Source of the DNA: Candidatus Nanohaloarchaea archaeon
GTDB taxonomy: Archaea; Nanohalarchaeota; Nanosalinia; Nanosalinales; Nanosalinaceae
Length of the DNA stretch: 37,929 nt
Assembly: GCA_046497485.1 (NCBI GenBank)
Contig: JAWOFP010000023.1
Location: 1 to 37,929 of the forward strand
Direction: 5' to 3'
Shown here: in pieces, positions 8,878-19,582 of the stretch
How the letters are laid out: the number at the start of each line of letters is the position of its first letter
Numbering within the stretch: the first letter of the stretch is position 1
The notes under the pieces: model-generated
The model's database searches: none
What the model was told of the DNA's origin: nothing
The model's input: only the letters and a program-made list of their open reading frames with translations
Translations under genes and position numbers: made by a program

Positions 8878-11703
8878 CTAGATATACTCTTTCAGATATT
8901 CTCCGGTATATGAATCAGGGTTTTCCACGATCTCTTCCGGAGTTCCTTGAGCCACGATCTCTCCGCCATTCACTCCTCCTTCTGGACCTAGATCGATGAT
9001 ATGATCGGCAGATTTAATCAATTCCATCTCGTGTTCGATTACAAGTACAGAGTTGCTGTTATCGACCAATCGATGCAGTACATCAATCAGTTTTCTCTCA
9101 TCCTCCCAGTGAAGGCCTGTAGTCGGTTCATCCAGTAGATAAAGCACATCATCTCTCTGTGTCTTTCCTAGTTCCTCACTGAGCTTTACTCTCTGGGCCT
9201 CTCCACCAGATAGTGTCGTAGAAGGCTGACCAAGCTCCATATAACCGAGACCTACATCTTTCAAGAGTCCAAACCTTCTCTTGATCCTTCTATCGTGTTC
9301 GAAGAATTCATAGGCCTCTTCAACCTCCATATTTAGTACTTCAGCGATCGATTTGCCTTTATACTTCACCTGTAGAGTCTCCTCGTTGTATCTCTTTCCT
9401 TTACACTGTTCACATTCTACATATACATCGGAGAGGAAGTTCATCTCAATTTGGACAGTTCCCTGGCCTTTACACTCTTCACACCGTCCGCCTTTAACAT
9501 TGAAGGAAAATCGGCCTTTATCATATCCTCTTTTCTGAGCCTCCTTTGTCTCAGCAAAAAGTTCTCTCACATAATCGAAAACTCCTGTATAAGTTGCAGG
9601 GTTCGAACGCGGGGTTCTTCCGATCGGAGATTGATCTATCATTCTAACAGATTCAATGTTGTCGAGACCTTCTATTTCTTCGTGTTCTCCGACTTTCACG
9701 GACTTGTTCCTGTTGAGCTCCTTGGTCAACTGATTGTAAACAATGTTATGCATCAAAGTGGACTTTCCAGAGCCTGAGAGACCTGTAATAGCTGTAATAA
9801 TCCCAAGCGGTATATCTACATCCAGATTCTTGAGATTGTGCTCCTTCGCTCCTTTAACCTTGATGGAGTTCTCTGATTCTCTGCGTTCATCCGGCACTTC
9901 AATTTCTTTCTCTCCTGCAAGATACTGGCCGGTAACTGAGTTTTCTGCATCTTCAATCTCTTCTGGTTTTCCCTGTGCTACGATTTCTCCGCCTCTTTTT
10001 CCTGGGCCTGGCCCGATATCGATTACATTATCGGCTCTTTCCACAGTGTCTCTATCGTGTTCTACAACCAAGAGGGTGTTTCCAAGATCACGAAGGTTCT
10101 CCAGTGTATTGATCAGTTTATCATTGTCGTGGCTATGAAGGCCTATAGACGGTTCATCCAGTACATAGAGCACTCCTGTCAGTCCGGAACCGATCTGGGT
10201 AGCGAGTCTAATTCTCTGGGTTTCTCCTCCGGAAAGTGTAGAAGCCTCTCTATCCAAGGTAAGATAATTAAGTCCTACTTCGTTGAGGAATCCCAGTCTT
10301 TCCCGTATCTCTTTGATAATCTCTTTCCCGATTTCGTATTTTCTACCTTCTAGGTCTTCCTCTAGGCCCTGGAATATCTCATAAGCTGTTCCTATATTTT
10401 CACTGTTGATCTCCTGTAATCTGTAACCAGCGACTTCTACATGTCTGGACTGTTCCGAAAGCCTTGTGCCGTTACACTTCGGACAGGTATCTTCTCTCAT
10501 GTAATCTCTCAGACGGTTTCGAACATTGTCGCTGGAGGTTTCATGGAAACGCCGGTTGATATACTCCATAACCCCTTCAAACTCCTTTTCCCTAATCCCG
10601 TTTCCCCGCATCTTCTCTACAGTATAGTAAAACGGAGTTTTCGGGCCGTGAAGAACAGCTTTCTGTACTCTATCGTCTAATTCCTCAAAGAGAGTATCCA
10701 CATCGACGTTAAACTGATCTGCAAAGGCATTAATACCTCTACGATAGTAATCTTTACTGTAATCCCAGGGAGCTAAAGCATTTTTCAGCGGTTCGGATTC
10801 ATCAGGCACAACTAACTCTCTATCTGCTACCTCGGATTTTCCAAGGCCTTCACACTCACTGCATGCTCCAAGAGGAGAGTTAAACGAGAAGTTACGCTGT
10901 TCAAGTTCTGAAAACTCTCTATCATTTCCAGGCTCGGAAAAACCCTGAGAAAACCTCATCAAAAATCTATCATTAATTTGCTCTACTTTTTCATTTTCAA
11001 GGTCTTCCTGTAACTCTATCCATACTTCGTCCTCTGATTCCTCTATCGCAGACTCGATCGCCTCTATAAGCCGCGAACGAGACTTATCTAAGGCCTTAAT
11101 CCTATCTATTACTATTTCAAATTCATCAGCCCGTTCAGGATCATCCAAAGTAAGATCGTACTCCTGATCTGTATTTACCCTTGTGAAACCTCTTTCCTGT
11201 AACTTTTCCAGTTTGTCCTCGAAGTCTGCAGTCTCTATAGGAGCCAAAATCTTGATCTTTGTGCCTTCAGGTAGTTCTAGTACTTCATCTGCGATGTTGT
11301 CCGGTGATTTCTCTTCTATTTTTCTTCCTGTCTCCGGTGAGTACTGAGTTCCTACCCGGGCGAAAAGCAGTCTAAGGTGATCGTGGATCTCCGTGACTGT
11401 TCCCACTGTAGATCTGGGTGTGGTTCCGGATGTATTCTGTTCTATGCTGATTGCTGGTGAAAGGCCTTCTATTTTCTCGACTTCCGGTTTATCCATCTGG
11501 TCGAGGAACTGCCGTGCGTAGGAGGAAAGACTTTCCATGTAACGGCGCTGTCCCTCAGCAAAAACTGTATCAAATGCCAGTGTGGATTTTCCTGAGCCTG
11601 AAAGGCCTGTAACTACATTAAACTTTCCTCTCGGGATCTCCAGATCGATGTTTTTCAAATTATTTTCCTTGGCTCCTGTGATCTTTATAGATTCGTGTCT
11701 CAA
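8878..11703 (-). CDS. uvrA: Excinuclease ABC subunit A
   Basis: Two GLSGSGKS Walker A motifs, LSGGE signatures, LDEPSIGLH/LDEPTTGLH, CxxC zinc modules; TTG start. Confidence 0.98.
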   Translation of the reverse strand: MRHESIKITGAKENNLKNIDLEIPRGKFNVVTGLSGSGKSTLAFDTVFAEGQRRYMESLSSYARQFLDQMDKPEVEKIEGLSPAISIEQNTSGTTPRSTVGTVTEIHDHLRLLFARVGTQYSPETGRKIEEKSPDNIADEVLELPEGTKIKILAPIETADFEDKLEKLQERGFTRVNTDQEYDLTLDDPERADEFEIVIDRIKALDKSRSRLIEAIESAIEESEDEVWIELQEDLENEKVEQINDRFLMRFSQGFSEPGNDREFSELEQRNFSFNSPLGACSECEGLGKSEVADRELVVPDESEPLKNALAPWDYSKDYYRRGINAFADQFNVDVDTLFEELDDRVQKAVLHGPKTPFYYTVEKMRGNGIREKEFEGVMEYINRRFHETSSDNVRNRLRDYMREDTCPKCNGTRLSEQSRHVEVAGYRLQEINSENIGTAYEIFQGLEEDLEGRKYEIGKEIIKEIRERLGFLNEVGLNYLTLDREASTLSGGETQRIRLATQIGSGLTGVLYVLDEPSIGLHSHDNDKLINTLENLRDLGNTLLVVEHDRDTVERADNVIDIGPGPGKRGGEIVAQGKPEEIEDAENSVTGQYLAGEKEIEVPDERRESENSIKVKGAKEHNLKNLDVDIPLGIITAITGLSGSGKSTLMHNIVYNQLTKELNRNKSVKVGEHEEIEGLDNIESVRMIDQSPIGRTPRSNPATYTGVFDYVRELFAETKEAQKRGYDKGRFSFNVKGGRCEECKGQGTVQIEMNFLSDVYVECEQCKGKRYNEETLQVKYKGKSIAEVLNMEVEEAYEFFEHDRRIKRRFGLLKDVGLGYMELGQPSTTLSGGEAQRVKLSEELGKTQRDDVLYLLDEPTTGLHWEDERKLIDVLHRLVDNSNSVLVIEHEMELIKSADHIIDLGPEGGVNGGEIVAQGTPEEIVENPDSYTGEYLKEYI

Positions 11704-11829
11704 GTTATCAGCTTCTCGAATTAATTCTTCTAAGTTTTTTCCGGCGGTCAGAATTTTTTGGCCGGATCTAAGTCACTGTCAAATAACTCAACTGTTAATC
11801 ATAAATTACTAGGCTTTCGAGAAATTTTC

Positions 11830-13821
11830 ATGGAAGACGATCAAAAGCAGGAGAAAAGTTTTCGTGTCGAAGCCCCTTTTACACCGGCTGGAGATCAGCC
11901 TAAAGCAATAGAGAAACTTTCTGAAGGTTTCAATGATGAACTCAAGGAACAGACTCTTCTCGGGGTTACAGGTTCAGGAAAGACCAACACAGTTTCATGG
12001 GTTATAGAGAACATTCAGAAGCCAACCCTGATTATAGCCCATAACAAGACCCTGGCAGCCCAACTTTATGATGAGTTCAAAGAGCTTTTCCCGGACAATG
12101 CTGTCGAGTACTTTGTTTCTTACTATGATTATTATCAACCGGAGGCATACGTCCAGAGCTCCGATACCTACATTGGAAAAGACGCCAGCATAAACGAAGA
12201 TATTGAAAAGTTAAGACACTCAGCTACTAACTCTCTTTTAACGCGCGATGATGTGATCGTGGTTGCTTCTGTCTCCGCTATCTATGGATTGGGAGATCCA
12301 GAGAACTATGTTGATCTTGCTACAGAAATTTCAGTCGATTCCGAGATGACTCGGGACGAGATTGTAGAGGAACTGGTAGATATCCAGTATGAGAGAAGCG
12401 ATGAAGATTTTAAACAGGGAAAGTTCAGGCTTCGTGGCGATACACTGGATATTTTTCCGATGTACTCCCGCAATGCCTACAGAATAAGTTTCTGGGGAGA
12501 CGAGATCGAAAAAATTCGGGAGTTCAAGCCGCTGGAAAACGAGATGATCGAGGAAAAAGAAAAAATATTGATCAGGCCTGCAACTCATTACTCTGCACCG
12601 GATGAAAGGATGGAAAACGCGATCGAGGAGATTGAAGAGTTGATGGAGGAACAGATCCAGCATTTCAAAGATCGTGGAGACGAAGTAGCTGCCCAGAGAA
12701 TCGAGGAAAGGACAAAATTTGATTTAGAGATGATGAGAGAGGTAGGCTATACCTCCGGCATTGAAAACTACTCAGTTCACCTCTCAGATAGAGAGCCAGG
12801 AGATCCGCCCTATACACTTCTCGATTACTTCCCTGATGATTTCTTGACTGTGATCGATGAATCTCACCAGACCGTGCCTCAGATCAAAGGCCAATATGAG
12901 GGCGATCGCTCCAGGAAAGAGAAACTGATCAAAAACGGTTTCAGACTACCAACAGCTCAGGATAACCGCCCTCTGAAGTTTGATGAGTTCAAGGAAAAGA
13001 CTGATAAGACCCTCTATGTCTCAGCAACCCCAGCAGATTACGAACGGGAACAGTCAGACCAAATTGTAGAACAGATAGTAAGACCTACTTACCTTGTCGA
13101 TCCGACAATCGAGATAAGGGAAACCGAAGGACAGGTAGAAGATGTGATATCTGAAATTGAAAAAAGGGCAGAAAAAGATGAAAGAACATTGGTAACAGCA
13201 CTTAGTGTCAACATGGCAGAGAACCTAGCAGAGTTCCTACAGGATTCCGGTGTCGATGCTAAGTATATGCATCATGAGACTGATACACTGGAGAGACATG
13301 AGATCATCCGTGAACTACGCCTCGGTGAAATCGACGCTATCGTAGGCATCAACCTATTGAGAGAAGGCCTGGATATCCCGGAAGTCTCTCTCGTAGCTAT
13401 ACTTGAGGCTGACCAGACCGGGTTCCTGCGTTCGGAGACTGCTTTGGTCCAGACCATGGGGAGAGCAGCAAGAAACAAGGAAGGTCATGTACTGCTTTAC
13501 GCAGATGAAAAATCAGAGGCCATGAAATCAGCAATTTCAGAGACCCAGAGAAGAAGAGAGATCCAGAAAAACTTCAATGAGGAAAATAACAAGACTCCGA
13601 AAAGCATAGAGAAAGAAATAAACGAATCCACTCTTCCAGGCTCCGATGATGAAGATGATATTACAGAGACAGATTTCAATGATAAAGATGAGGCCCTGGA
13701 AAGGATTGAAGAGTTAGAGGATGAGATGGATCAGGCCGCAGAAAACTTAGAATTCGAATTAGCAGCTGAGATTAGGGATAAGATAGAGGAAATCAAGAAG
13801 GAAAACGACTTAGAAGAATAA
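11830..13821 (+). CDS. uvrB: Excinuclease ABC subunit B
   Basis: [25 protein letters not shown] beta-hairpin, [19 protein letters not shown]-terminal UVR domain; ATG at 11830 preferred over the track's upstream TTG. Confidence 0.98.
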   Translation: MEDDQKQEKSFRVEAPFTPAGDQPKAIEKLSEGFNDELKEQTLLGVTGSGKTNTVSWVIENIQKPTLIIAHNKTLAAQLYDEFKELFPDNAVEYFVSYYDYYQPEAYVQSSDTYIGKDASINEDIEKLRHSATNSLLTRDDVIVVASVSAIYGLGDPENYVDLATEISVDSEMTRDEIVEELVDIQYERSDEDFKQGKFRLRGDTLDIFPMYSRNAYRISFWGDEIEKIREFKPLENEMIEEKEKILIRPATHYSAPDERMENAIEEIEELMEEQIQHFKDRGDEVAAQRIEERTKFDLEMMREVGYTSGIENYSVHLSDREPGDPPYTLLDYFPDDFLTVIDESHQTVPQIKGQYEGDRSRKEKLIKNGFRLPTAQDNRPLKFDEFKEKTDKTLYVSATPADYEREQSDQIVEQIVRPTYLVDPTIEIRETEGQVEDVISEIEKRAEKDERTLVTALSVNMAENLAEFLQDSGVDAKYMHHETDTLERHEIIRELRLGEIDAIVGINLLREGLDIPEVSLVAILEADQTGFLRSETALVQTMGRAARNKEGHVLLYADEKSEAMKSAISETQRRREIQKNFNEENNKTPKSIEKEINESTLPGSDDEDDITETDFNDKDEALERIEELEDEMDQAAENLEFELAAEIRDKIEEIKKENDLEE

Positions 13822-13822
13822 A

Positions 13823-14467
13823 TTAAATTTTAGGCCTCTTAATCGACATCTCAAGGCCTTCTGAGTCCTTATCAGGATCTTCTGGGATACGCTCTAATTC
13901 AAATTCAGATCCAAGAGAAAGAACCATCGCATCAATTATATCATCCTCAGAGACATCTTTTCTTTCAAACTCTTCAATTATTGAGATATCTCCAAATCTC
14001 TTGAGAACTTCTTTCCTGTCTTTCAGTCCTCTCTCTGAGATTTTTGATTCTATAACTGAGTCTTTATGCAAGGATTTGAAAAATACTTCAGGATGCGACT
14101 CCTTCAGATTTCTTTTCTGAGCCTCTACATCGGCCTCTCTAATCTTTGGAACTATGTTCCAGGCCTGTTTTGAGATCCGCTTACCAGTCTTTTCCTCATT
14201 GATATCACAGGCCTGTTCATAGCTTTCCGCATAGACAGCATCCCTAACAGGACAGTTAAAGATCGAGTAATGTCTCTCAGGCGCTAAAAAGTCTCTTGCG
14301 TCTTCATCACACTTTCTGGTAGAGTCTTCAGGCAGCCCGATCGGAATATCTATCAAGGCCTGATTAAAATCTATTTCCGAAAGTTTTTCGTAAAACCCTA
14401 TCTTCCAAGCGTCTCCTGTGTATTCTGCTGTAATCCAGCCGTTTCTTGTTCCATCAATTCCTTTCAT
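13823..14467 (-). CDS. DUF429-family predicted nuclease (RNase H-like fold)
   Basis: GIDG, IDIPIGL, ESHPE and DDIIDA motifs. Confidence 0.8.
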   Translation of the reverse strand: MKGIDGTRNGWITAEYTGDAWKIGFYEKLSEIDFNQALIDIPIGLPEDSTRKCDEDARDFLAPERHYSIFNCPVRDAVYAESYEQACDINEEKTGKRISKQAWNIVPKIREADVEAQKRNLKESHPEVFFKSLHKDSVIESKISERGLKDRKEVLKRFGDISIIEEFERKDVSEDDIIDAMVLSLGSEFELERIPEDPDKDSEGLEMSIKRPKI

Positions 14468-14733
14468 CTTCTGAAAGTATAAGAGAAGTTATCCGATTTA
14501 ACCTCTATCTCTGAATCCCTGAAAATTATCTGATCTACTTTGGAAAATTCGTTTTCATGAAGAGGCATCGCTCCAGAGACCTCTCCATCCCTTTGGATCT
14601 TCAAATACTCTCCATTCCTAGAGTATTCGATCATTTCATCTCCTATCTCTACATTTTCTGATTTGAAATGACCTTTGAAGGCCTCTTGAACCTCTTTCCA
14701 TTCAGTTTCTAAATTCAAAGTCTGTTGTGACAT
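14464..14733 (-). CDS. Hypothetical protein (89 aa)
   Basis: Acidic ORF overlapping both neighbours (ATGA coupling to the DUF429 gene); start uncertain. Confidence 0.7.
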   Translation of the reverse strand: MSQQTLNLETEWKEVQEAFKGHFKSENVEIGDEMIEYSRNGEYLKIQRDGEVSGAMPLHENEFSKVDQIIFRDSEIEVKSDNFSYTFRR

Positions 14734-15133
14734 CAGTCTTCACCGAGTTATGAATGAAACAGTTTTTCTCAGTTGCCTGAGCTACTTTTTCTGCTTTTTC
14801 TCTATCGCTTACGCCCACTACCTCAAGATTAATTTCTGCTTCCTTCATAACAGGCCTCGAGTCCTTTCCTCGATCAAGAGTGACTTCGGCTCTTGATTCA
14901 ATTCGGTTGTATTCTAGATTCTTTCTCTCTGCTATCGTTTTGAAAGTCGCAATCATGCAGGTCTGCAGCGATGCAGAAAAGAGATCTTCAGGAGATGGGT
15001 TCTCACTGTCACCGCCGAATTCCTCCGGGACCGACATCTCAGTTTTCAGGCCTTCATCGGTCTCAAGTGGCCAACTTTTCTTTCCTTTTTCTGCTTTGGA
15101 TTCAGAACTGAACTTTACAGGATAATCTACCAT
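14702..15133 (-). CDS. OsmC/Ohr-family protein
   Basis: PEEFGG, SPEDLF...C and KNCFIHNS two-Cys pattern. Confidence 0.9.
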   Translation of the reverse strand: MVDYPVKFSSESKAEKGKKSWPLETDEGLKTEMSVPEEFGGDSENPSPEDLFSASLQTCMIATFKTIAERKNLEYNRIESRAEVTLDRGKDSRPVMKEAEINLEVVGVSDREKAEKVAQATEKNCFIHNSVKTDVTTDFEFRN

Positions 15134-15184
15134 ATGTAATTTTTTGATAGGGTATTGAAATCAGTAATTCTTCAACTTTGTCTT

Positions 15185-15634
15185 ATGGATGAACAGGTAA
15201 TTTTTGATTTAGATGGAACTCTTTCTGACAACAGGCATCGGGAACACCTGATTGAATGTGAGGATAAGAAGTGGAGAGAGTACCTGGCAAATTGTATAAA
15301 GGACTCACCAGTCCAGAAAATGGTTTCTAAATTAGATCAAATGTCTGGAGAATACGAAATAATAATTCTGACCTGTAGATCGGATGAAGTAGAGGAAGAA
15401 ACTATTGAATGGCTTGAAAAACATGATGTAAATTATGACAGGTTGATTATGTTGCCTGAAGGCCGCTGGGAGATTAAAGACTCTGAATTCAAGAGAGATG
15501 AACTCAGAACCATGGAAAATCCGGTCAAGGCATTTGATGACAAAAGATCAAACTGCAGGATGTTTCATGAAGAAGGATTAGAAACTTACGAGGTAGGAAA
15601 ACTGCCTAATCCAGAGTTAAGATTAATTCAGTGA
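15185..15634 (+). CDS. HAD-superfamily phosphatase (polynucleotide kinase/phosphatase 3'-phosphatase-like)
   Basis: IFDLDGTL, IILTCR, K and FDD HAD motifs; ATG at 15185. Confidence 0.8.
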   Translation: MDEQVIFDLDGTLSDNRHREHLIECEDKKWREYLANCIKDSPVQKMVSKLDQMSGEYEIIILTCRSDEVEEETIEWLEKHDVNYDRLIMLPEGRWEIKDSEFKRDELRTMENPVKAFDDKRSNCRMFHEEGLETYEVGKLPNPELRLIQ

Positions 15635-16980
15635 CCTAAAGCGTTTTCAAACATTTTCTTTCCTACATGATACCTCTGGTTGAAGTTGATGATCGGATCA
15701 GGATAATCGACACCGTATTCGTTTCTTTCTTCATGGACCATTTCAACCCAGTTGTGAATCGAGTTCGGATCCAAGTCCCTCAGCTCCGGTATATGTCTCT
15801 TGATGTACTCTGCATGAGTATCGTACTTTCTTCCCTGTTTCACAGGATTGAATATTCTGATGGATACGGAATCGGTTCCAGTAGAAGCAGACCATTGCCA
15901 GCCACCGATGTTTGATGCGGTATCATGATCGATCAGATGTTTTCTGAAGAATCTGGCTCCTTTCCGCCAGTCAATCATCAGATGCTTTGTCAGGAAAGAG
16001 GCAACATTCTGTCTTGTTCTGTTGTGCATGTAACCGGTATTTCTTAACTCTCTGATACCGGCATCAACGAACGGCACTCCTGTCTCTCCTTTTTTCCAGG
16101 CCTCGAACTCTTCAGGATCGTTTCTCCATTGGATCTCGTTTTCAAAATCCCTGTAATTTTGTTGAACTGTCTCAGGATTGTGCCAGAGCACCTGATAGAA
16201 GAACTCCCGCCAGGCTAACTCATTCCTGTACTTCGCATAGTTTCTGATATCATCGGAGCCATCTGATTCCTCAATAAGTCTTTCCACATCATCCAAAACT
16301 TTTCTCAGGCCTAAAATTCCGGAACTGTAATACATCGAAAGTCGGGAGACTGCCTCAGGACTCTTAACTTCATCTCTTTGATCCTTGTAAGTATCAAGTC
16401 TGTTATCTCTGAAGTCTCTCCATCTCTGCAGCGCTGATTCTTCTCCGGACTGCGGAAGATCGATACTACATTCAGTGCTCACCTCGAAGCTTTCTTCATC
16501 TATATCTGCCAGATTTTCAGGCCTTCCAAAGCTTGAATCTTTTTCTATATTCTTCCATTCTCTGTAGAAAGGAGAAAAAGTATCAAACTCTTCTGAGATT
16601 TCCTGTGGCTCGACAAGCAACCTATCCTTGAAACTTTGAGATTTTACATCAAGGCCTTTTATTTCTGATTCGATTCTGCGCTTGATCGGAGTATATGAGC
16701 GGTTGAAAAAGATTTTATCGATATCATGTCGATCAATGAGTTCTTCCAGATTTTCTCCAGTTTTCCCTTTTCTGTATACCAGTCCAGAACCTCTTTCCCT
16801 ATAATTTTTATCAATTATTTCCAGCGATTTCTCCCTGAAAGCCTTTTTGTTTTTCCCTGTCCTCTTTGAGATTCTGGGGTCATCTATGTAGATCGGTAAA
16901 GTTTCTCCATCCTCTGAGGATCTTTTGAGTCCTTTATTGTCATGTATTCGAAGATCGTCTCTGTGCAGGAATATATTCAT
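15628..16980 (-). CDS. phr: Deoxyribodipyrimidine (CPD) photolyase
   Basis: RDDLRIHDN, SRLS, ELAWREF, GETGVPFVDAG, GYMHNRTR, NIGGWQWSAS, RIFNP. Confidence 0.92.
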   Translation of the reverse strand: MNIFLHRDDLRIHDNKGLKRSSEDGETLPIYIDDPRISKRTGKNKKAFREKSLEIIDKNYRERGSGLVYRKGKTGENLEELIDRHDIDKIFFNRSYTPIKRRIESEIKGLDVKSQSFKDRLLVEPQEISEEFDTFSPFYREWKNIEKDSSFGRPENLADIDEESFEVSTECSIDLPQSGEESALQRWRDFRDNRLDTYKDQRDEVKSPEAVSRLSMYYSSGILGLRKVLDDVERLIEESDGSDDIRNYAKYRNELAWREFFYQVLWHNPETVQQNYRDFENEIQWRNDPEEFEAWKKGETGVPFVDAGIRELRNTGYMHNRTRQNVASFLTKHLMIDWRKGARFFRKHLIDHDTASNIGGWQWSASTGTDSVSIRIFNPVKQGRKYDTHAEYIKRHIPELRDLDPNSIHNWVEMVHEERNEYGVDYPDPIINFNQRYHVGKKMFENALGH

Positions 16981-18137
16981 TATCTGTACCTCTGTGTGAC
17001 TGTCATCACGGCTGTACTAATCGCAGCAAATATAAAGACTGCCTTAAAGGCCGACCTTTCCCCAAGAACAATTGCTACACCGATGAATAATGTGGCTGTA
17101 AGTATTTTTCCAAGGGAGTTAAACATCATTTTGGCGGTGTAGAAGCTTCTTTCCTCTACTGCCTCTGCCCGATCCGCGAAATCAGAGAAAAGAGGTATAT
17201 CGTACAACTTGAATGCCAGACCTCCTAGAATCGAAACAAGAAAGGCCTCTACAGGCGTTGTAACTGCGATCCTGAGTAGATAAGTTACTCCGGCTATGAA
17301 AGCTCCGACCGCGATGATACTGAATCTTGAATACTTTGATGCAATGTATCCTGAGAAGTAAGCCATCACCATAAAACCTAGCGTATCCATCGACCTGACC
17401 AGCCCTGATGCAAAATTCCCTGCGATGAAGATGTATGTGAAAAGAGAGAAAATCGCTACTGATGCATAGGCCTGAGCACCTCTGGAAAGAAAGACAGGAG
17501 AATAATGCAGGTTTTTACTGGTCAAGACTGATTTCAGGCCTAAATCTTTCTTCCTGGTCTTGATATTGATGTTTCTGGCAGGAATTAGTGAAATCAGTAT
17601 AGCACAAAGTGCTGTAAGAAGCATTGCGCTAAATCCTGCCCATGCACTCACTAGGCCTCCTATAGCCGGCCCAAAAAGCCTTCCAATGTTTGGCAAGGCA
17701 TTTAGATGGGCTGCCTGTATATCTCTATTATCTTTTTCTGAACCGCTAGCGAATTCCAGATCTTTGCTCTCTGTGTGAAAAGTAACTCCAATACTGTAGA
17801 GGACTGCTACCGCTGATACCAGTAAAAGATCTATTTCCAGAAGGTAGATGAGTAAAACTGACGGCAGGAGAAAGACATAGGAGGCAGAAAGGCCTGAACG
17901 GAAGCCATATCTGTTGATAATCTTCATCACTGGGTAGCTGACAATAAATCCTGTTAAGGCCTTCACGAGGAGATAGACGCCAGGAAGCATCAGGCTCTGA
18001 GTCTCTGAGTATATTAAAATCGGAATGAAGATTCCTAAAATGCTTAAGGCAAAGTTCTTGAAGAATTCGTACAATATTAGTTGGCCGAAGTCGCTGCCGT
18101 CAGTAAGAAATTTTGGTACATAAAGATTGATTTTCAA
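16980..18137 (-). CDS. MFS transporter
   Basis: About 12 hydrophobic segments; GPAIGG motif; its stop overlaps the photolyase start. Confidence 0.8.
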   Translation of the reverse strand: MKINLYVPKFLTDGSDFGQLILYEFFKNFALSILGIFIPILIYSETQSLMLPGVYLLVKALTGFIVSYPVMKIINRYGFRSGLSASYVFLLPSVLLIYLLEIDLLLVSAVAVLYSIGVTFHTESKDLEFASGSEKDNRDIQAAHLNALPNIGRLFGPAIGGLVSAWAGFSAMLLTALCAILISLIPARNINIKTRKKDLGLKSVLTSKNLHYSPVFLSRGAQAYASVAIFSLFTYIFIAGNFASGLVRSMDTLGFMVMAYFSGYIASKYSRFSIIAVGAFIAGVTYLLRIAVTTPVEAFLVSILGGLAFKLYDIPLFSDFADRAEAVEERSFYTAKMMFNSLGKILTATLFIGVAIVLGERSAFKAVFIFAAISTAVMTVTQRYR

Positions 18138-18171
18138 TAAAGAAAGATAAAATGAGAGATTTATTTATGTC

Positions 18172-18387
18172 CTAGGCCTCTCTATGTGTGAAAGTGTGTT
18201 CGACGGCTTCAGTAGGGAACTCTACTACCACGTATTCTCCGTCTTTCATCCCCTCTGTCCTTGCAACGCCTTGATCTACATCTACCTCTGAGGTATGCGT
18301 ATGCAGATCGTATTCTCTTCCACTTTCAAGTACGACCATGAGCTCTCCGGACTGTTCCAGCTTCGTCTTCAGTCTGTCTGCGTCCAT
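18172..18387 (-). CDS. Hypothetical protein (71 aa)
   Basis: Acidic, His-containing small ORF with ATG start filling the gap. Confidence 0.7.
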   Translation of the reverse strand: MDADRLKTKLEQSGELMVVLESGREYDLHTHTSEVDVDQGVARTEGMKDGEYVVVEFPTEAVEHTFTHREA

Positions 18388-18485
18388 AGAGAATTATTAC
18401 TTTCCTAGGTTCAAGTGCTTTTCCCCATAAGATTTACTTCTGAATCCATCAAACATGTTAAACTCTCTGTGAGTAAAATAAAGAT

Positions 18486-19028
18486 ATGAAAGATCATATA
18501 ATGGATTCAGATAAGGCTGAGATGCTGGAGGAAAAAGACCGTTACAAAATTCTATCCAGAGAGGAGATACTAGCCAATATAGAAGAAGGAGAAACAGTAG
18601 CAGATATAGGCTCAGGCACAGGATTTTTCACAGATGATATGGCGGAAAAAGCCGGAAAAGTATACGCAATAGATTTCCAGGAGGAAATGCATCAGTACTA
18701 TCGGGAGAAAGGCCTACCAGCTAATGTTGAATTGATACATTCAAAGGCCTCAGAAATCAAAATACGTGATATAGATACAGTATTCTCGATACTCTCACTT
18801 CATGAAATAAATCTGGAAAAATCCCTGGAAGCATTTGAAAAAGCCTTAAATGAAGAAGGAGGCCTTTTCATAGTTGACTGGAGTCAAAACGCAGAGACAG
18901 AAAACATCCCTCCAAGAGAAAAACTCTTTACTGCACAAGAGCCCTCAGAAAAGATCTCTGACTATTTCAAAGTAGAAAAATCAGTGGAAAGATACGACAC
19001 CTTCCGGATCAAGGCTTCCAACACTTAA
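18486..19028 (+). CDS. Class I SAM-dependent methyltransferase
   Basis: VADIGSGTGFF motif I, YAID, SLHEI, GGLFIVDW. Confidence 0.9.
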   Translation: MKDHIMDSDKAEMLEEKDRYKILSREEILANIEEGETVADIGSGTGFFTDDMAEKAGKVYAIDFQEEMHQYYREKGLPANVELIHSKASEIKIRDIDTVFSILSLHEINLEKSLEAFEKALNEEGGLFIVDWSQNAETENIPPREKLFTAQEPSEKISDYFKVEKSVERYDTFRIKASNT

Positions 19029-19039
19029 AGCAATTACCT

Positions 19040-19549
19040 TTAGGAATCAAGCTTTGAAGCTATAAGAATTGAATAAGTCTGAACAACCGCTATACCTGCT
19101 ATACCTATTATCTGAAGCGAAATTACTTCTGAATACAGGCCTAAAACAAATATCGCAAAGCCTACAACCGATTCCCCTCCAAGCTTCTCATAGAGGCCTG
19201 AATATTCGTCCATATACTTTGAAGAGTAATAAAGCGCTATTCCTGGAGCTAGGAACCAGTAAGCAAGGCTAGTGAAACTCAGAATCTGAGAGTAAGAGCT
19301 TACTGTGAAACTTAATGCTCCGAGACCTGTAAATAGTATTCCTGCTCCGATAACCTTTCTCCAGATGTCAAGGACTGGATTGGATTCCATTTCCTTCCAT
19401 GAAAGAACCGTGAATCCTGCCAGGAAAAGTATCATGAAATAATGCATATGCTGGATCCAGTAGGTACTAATTCGTGGATAGATTATGGTGGCGAAAGTCA
19501 TCGCCCATGCCGCTGGAATCAGGCCTATCGGTGCGTATTCACGGATCAT
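19040..19549 (-). CDS. Hypothetical membrane protein (about 6 TM)
   Basis: Hydrophobic ORF; no recognised catalytic motif. Confidence 0.75.
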   Translation of the reverse strand: MIREYAPIGLIPAAWAMTFATIIYPRISTYWIQHMHYFMILFLAGFTVLSWKEMESNPVLDIWRKVIGAGILFTGLGALSFTVSSYSQILSFTSLAYWFLAPGIALYYSSKYMDEYSGLYEKLGGESVVGFAIFVLGLYSEVISLQIIGIAGIAVVQTYSILIASKLDS

Positions 19550-19582
19550 AAAAATTTAGTATAGAAAAAGAGTTATACATTT

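Noticed and set aside
10900..11350. Missing first zinc module in UvrA (YSPETG, FSEPG) as a sign of pseudogenisation
   Set aside because: The ORF is intact with all ATPase motifs, and loss of this module occurs in other functional UvrA proteins.
11758..11829. N-terminal extensions from the ORF track for uvrB (also for the HAD phosphatase, peroxiredoxin and DUF192 genes)
   Set aside because: Downstream ATGs fit the family N-termini better and leave room for promoters.
18486..19028. SAM methyltransferase as the enzyme behind the AGGCCT motif
   Set aside because: Short class I small-molecule type; lacks DNA methyltransferase catalytic motifs (PC, DPPY/NPPY/SPPY) and a target-recognition domain.
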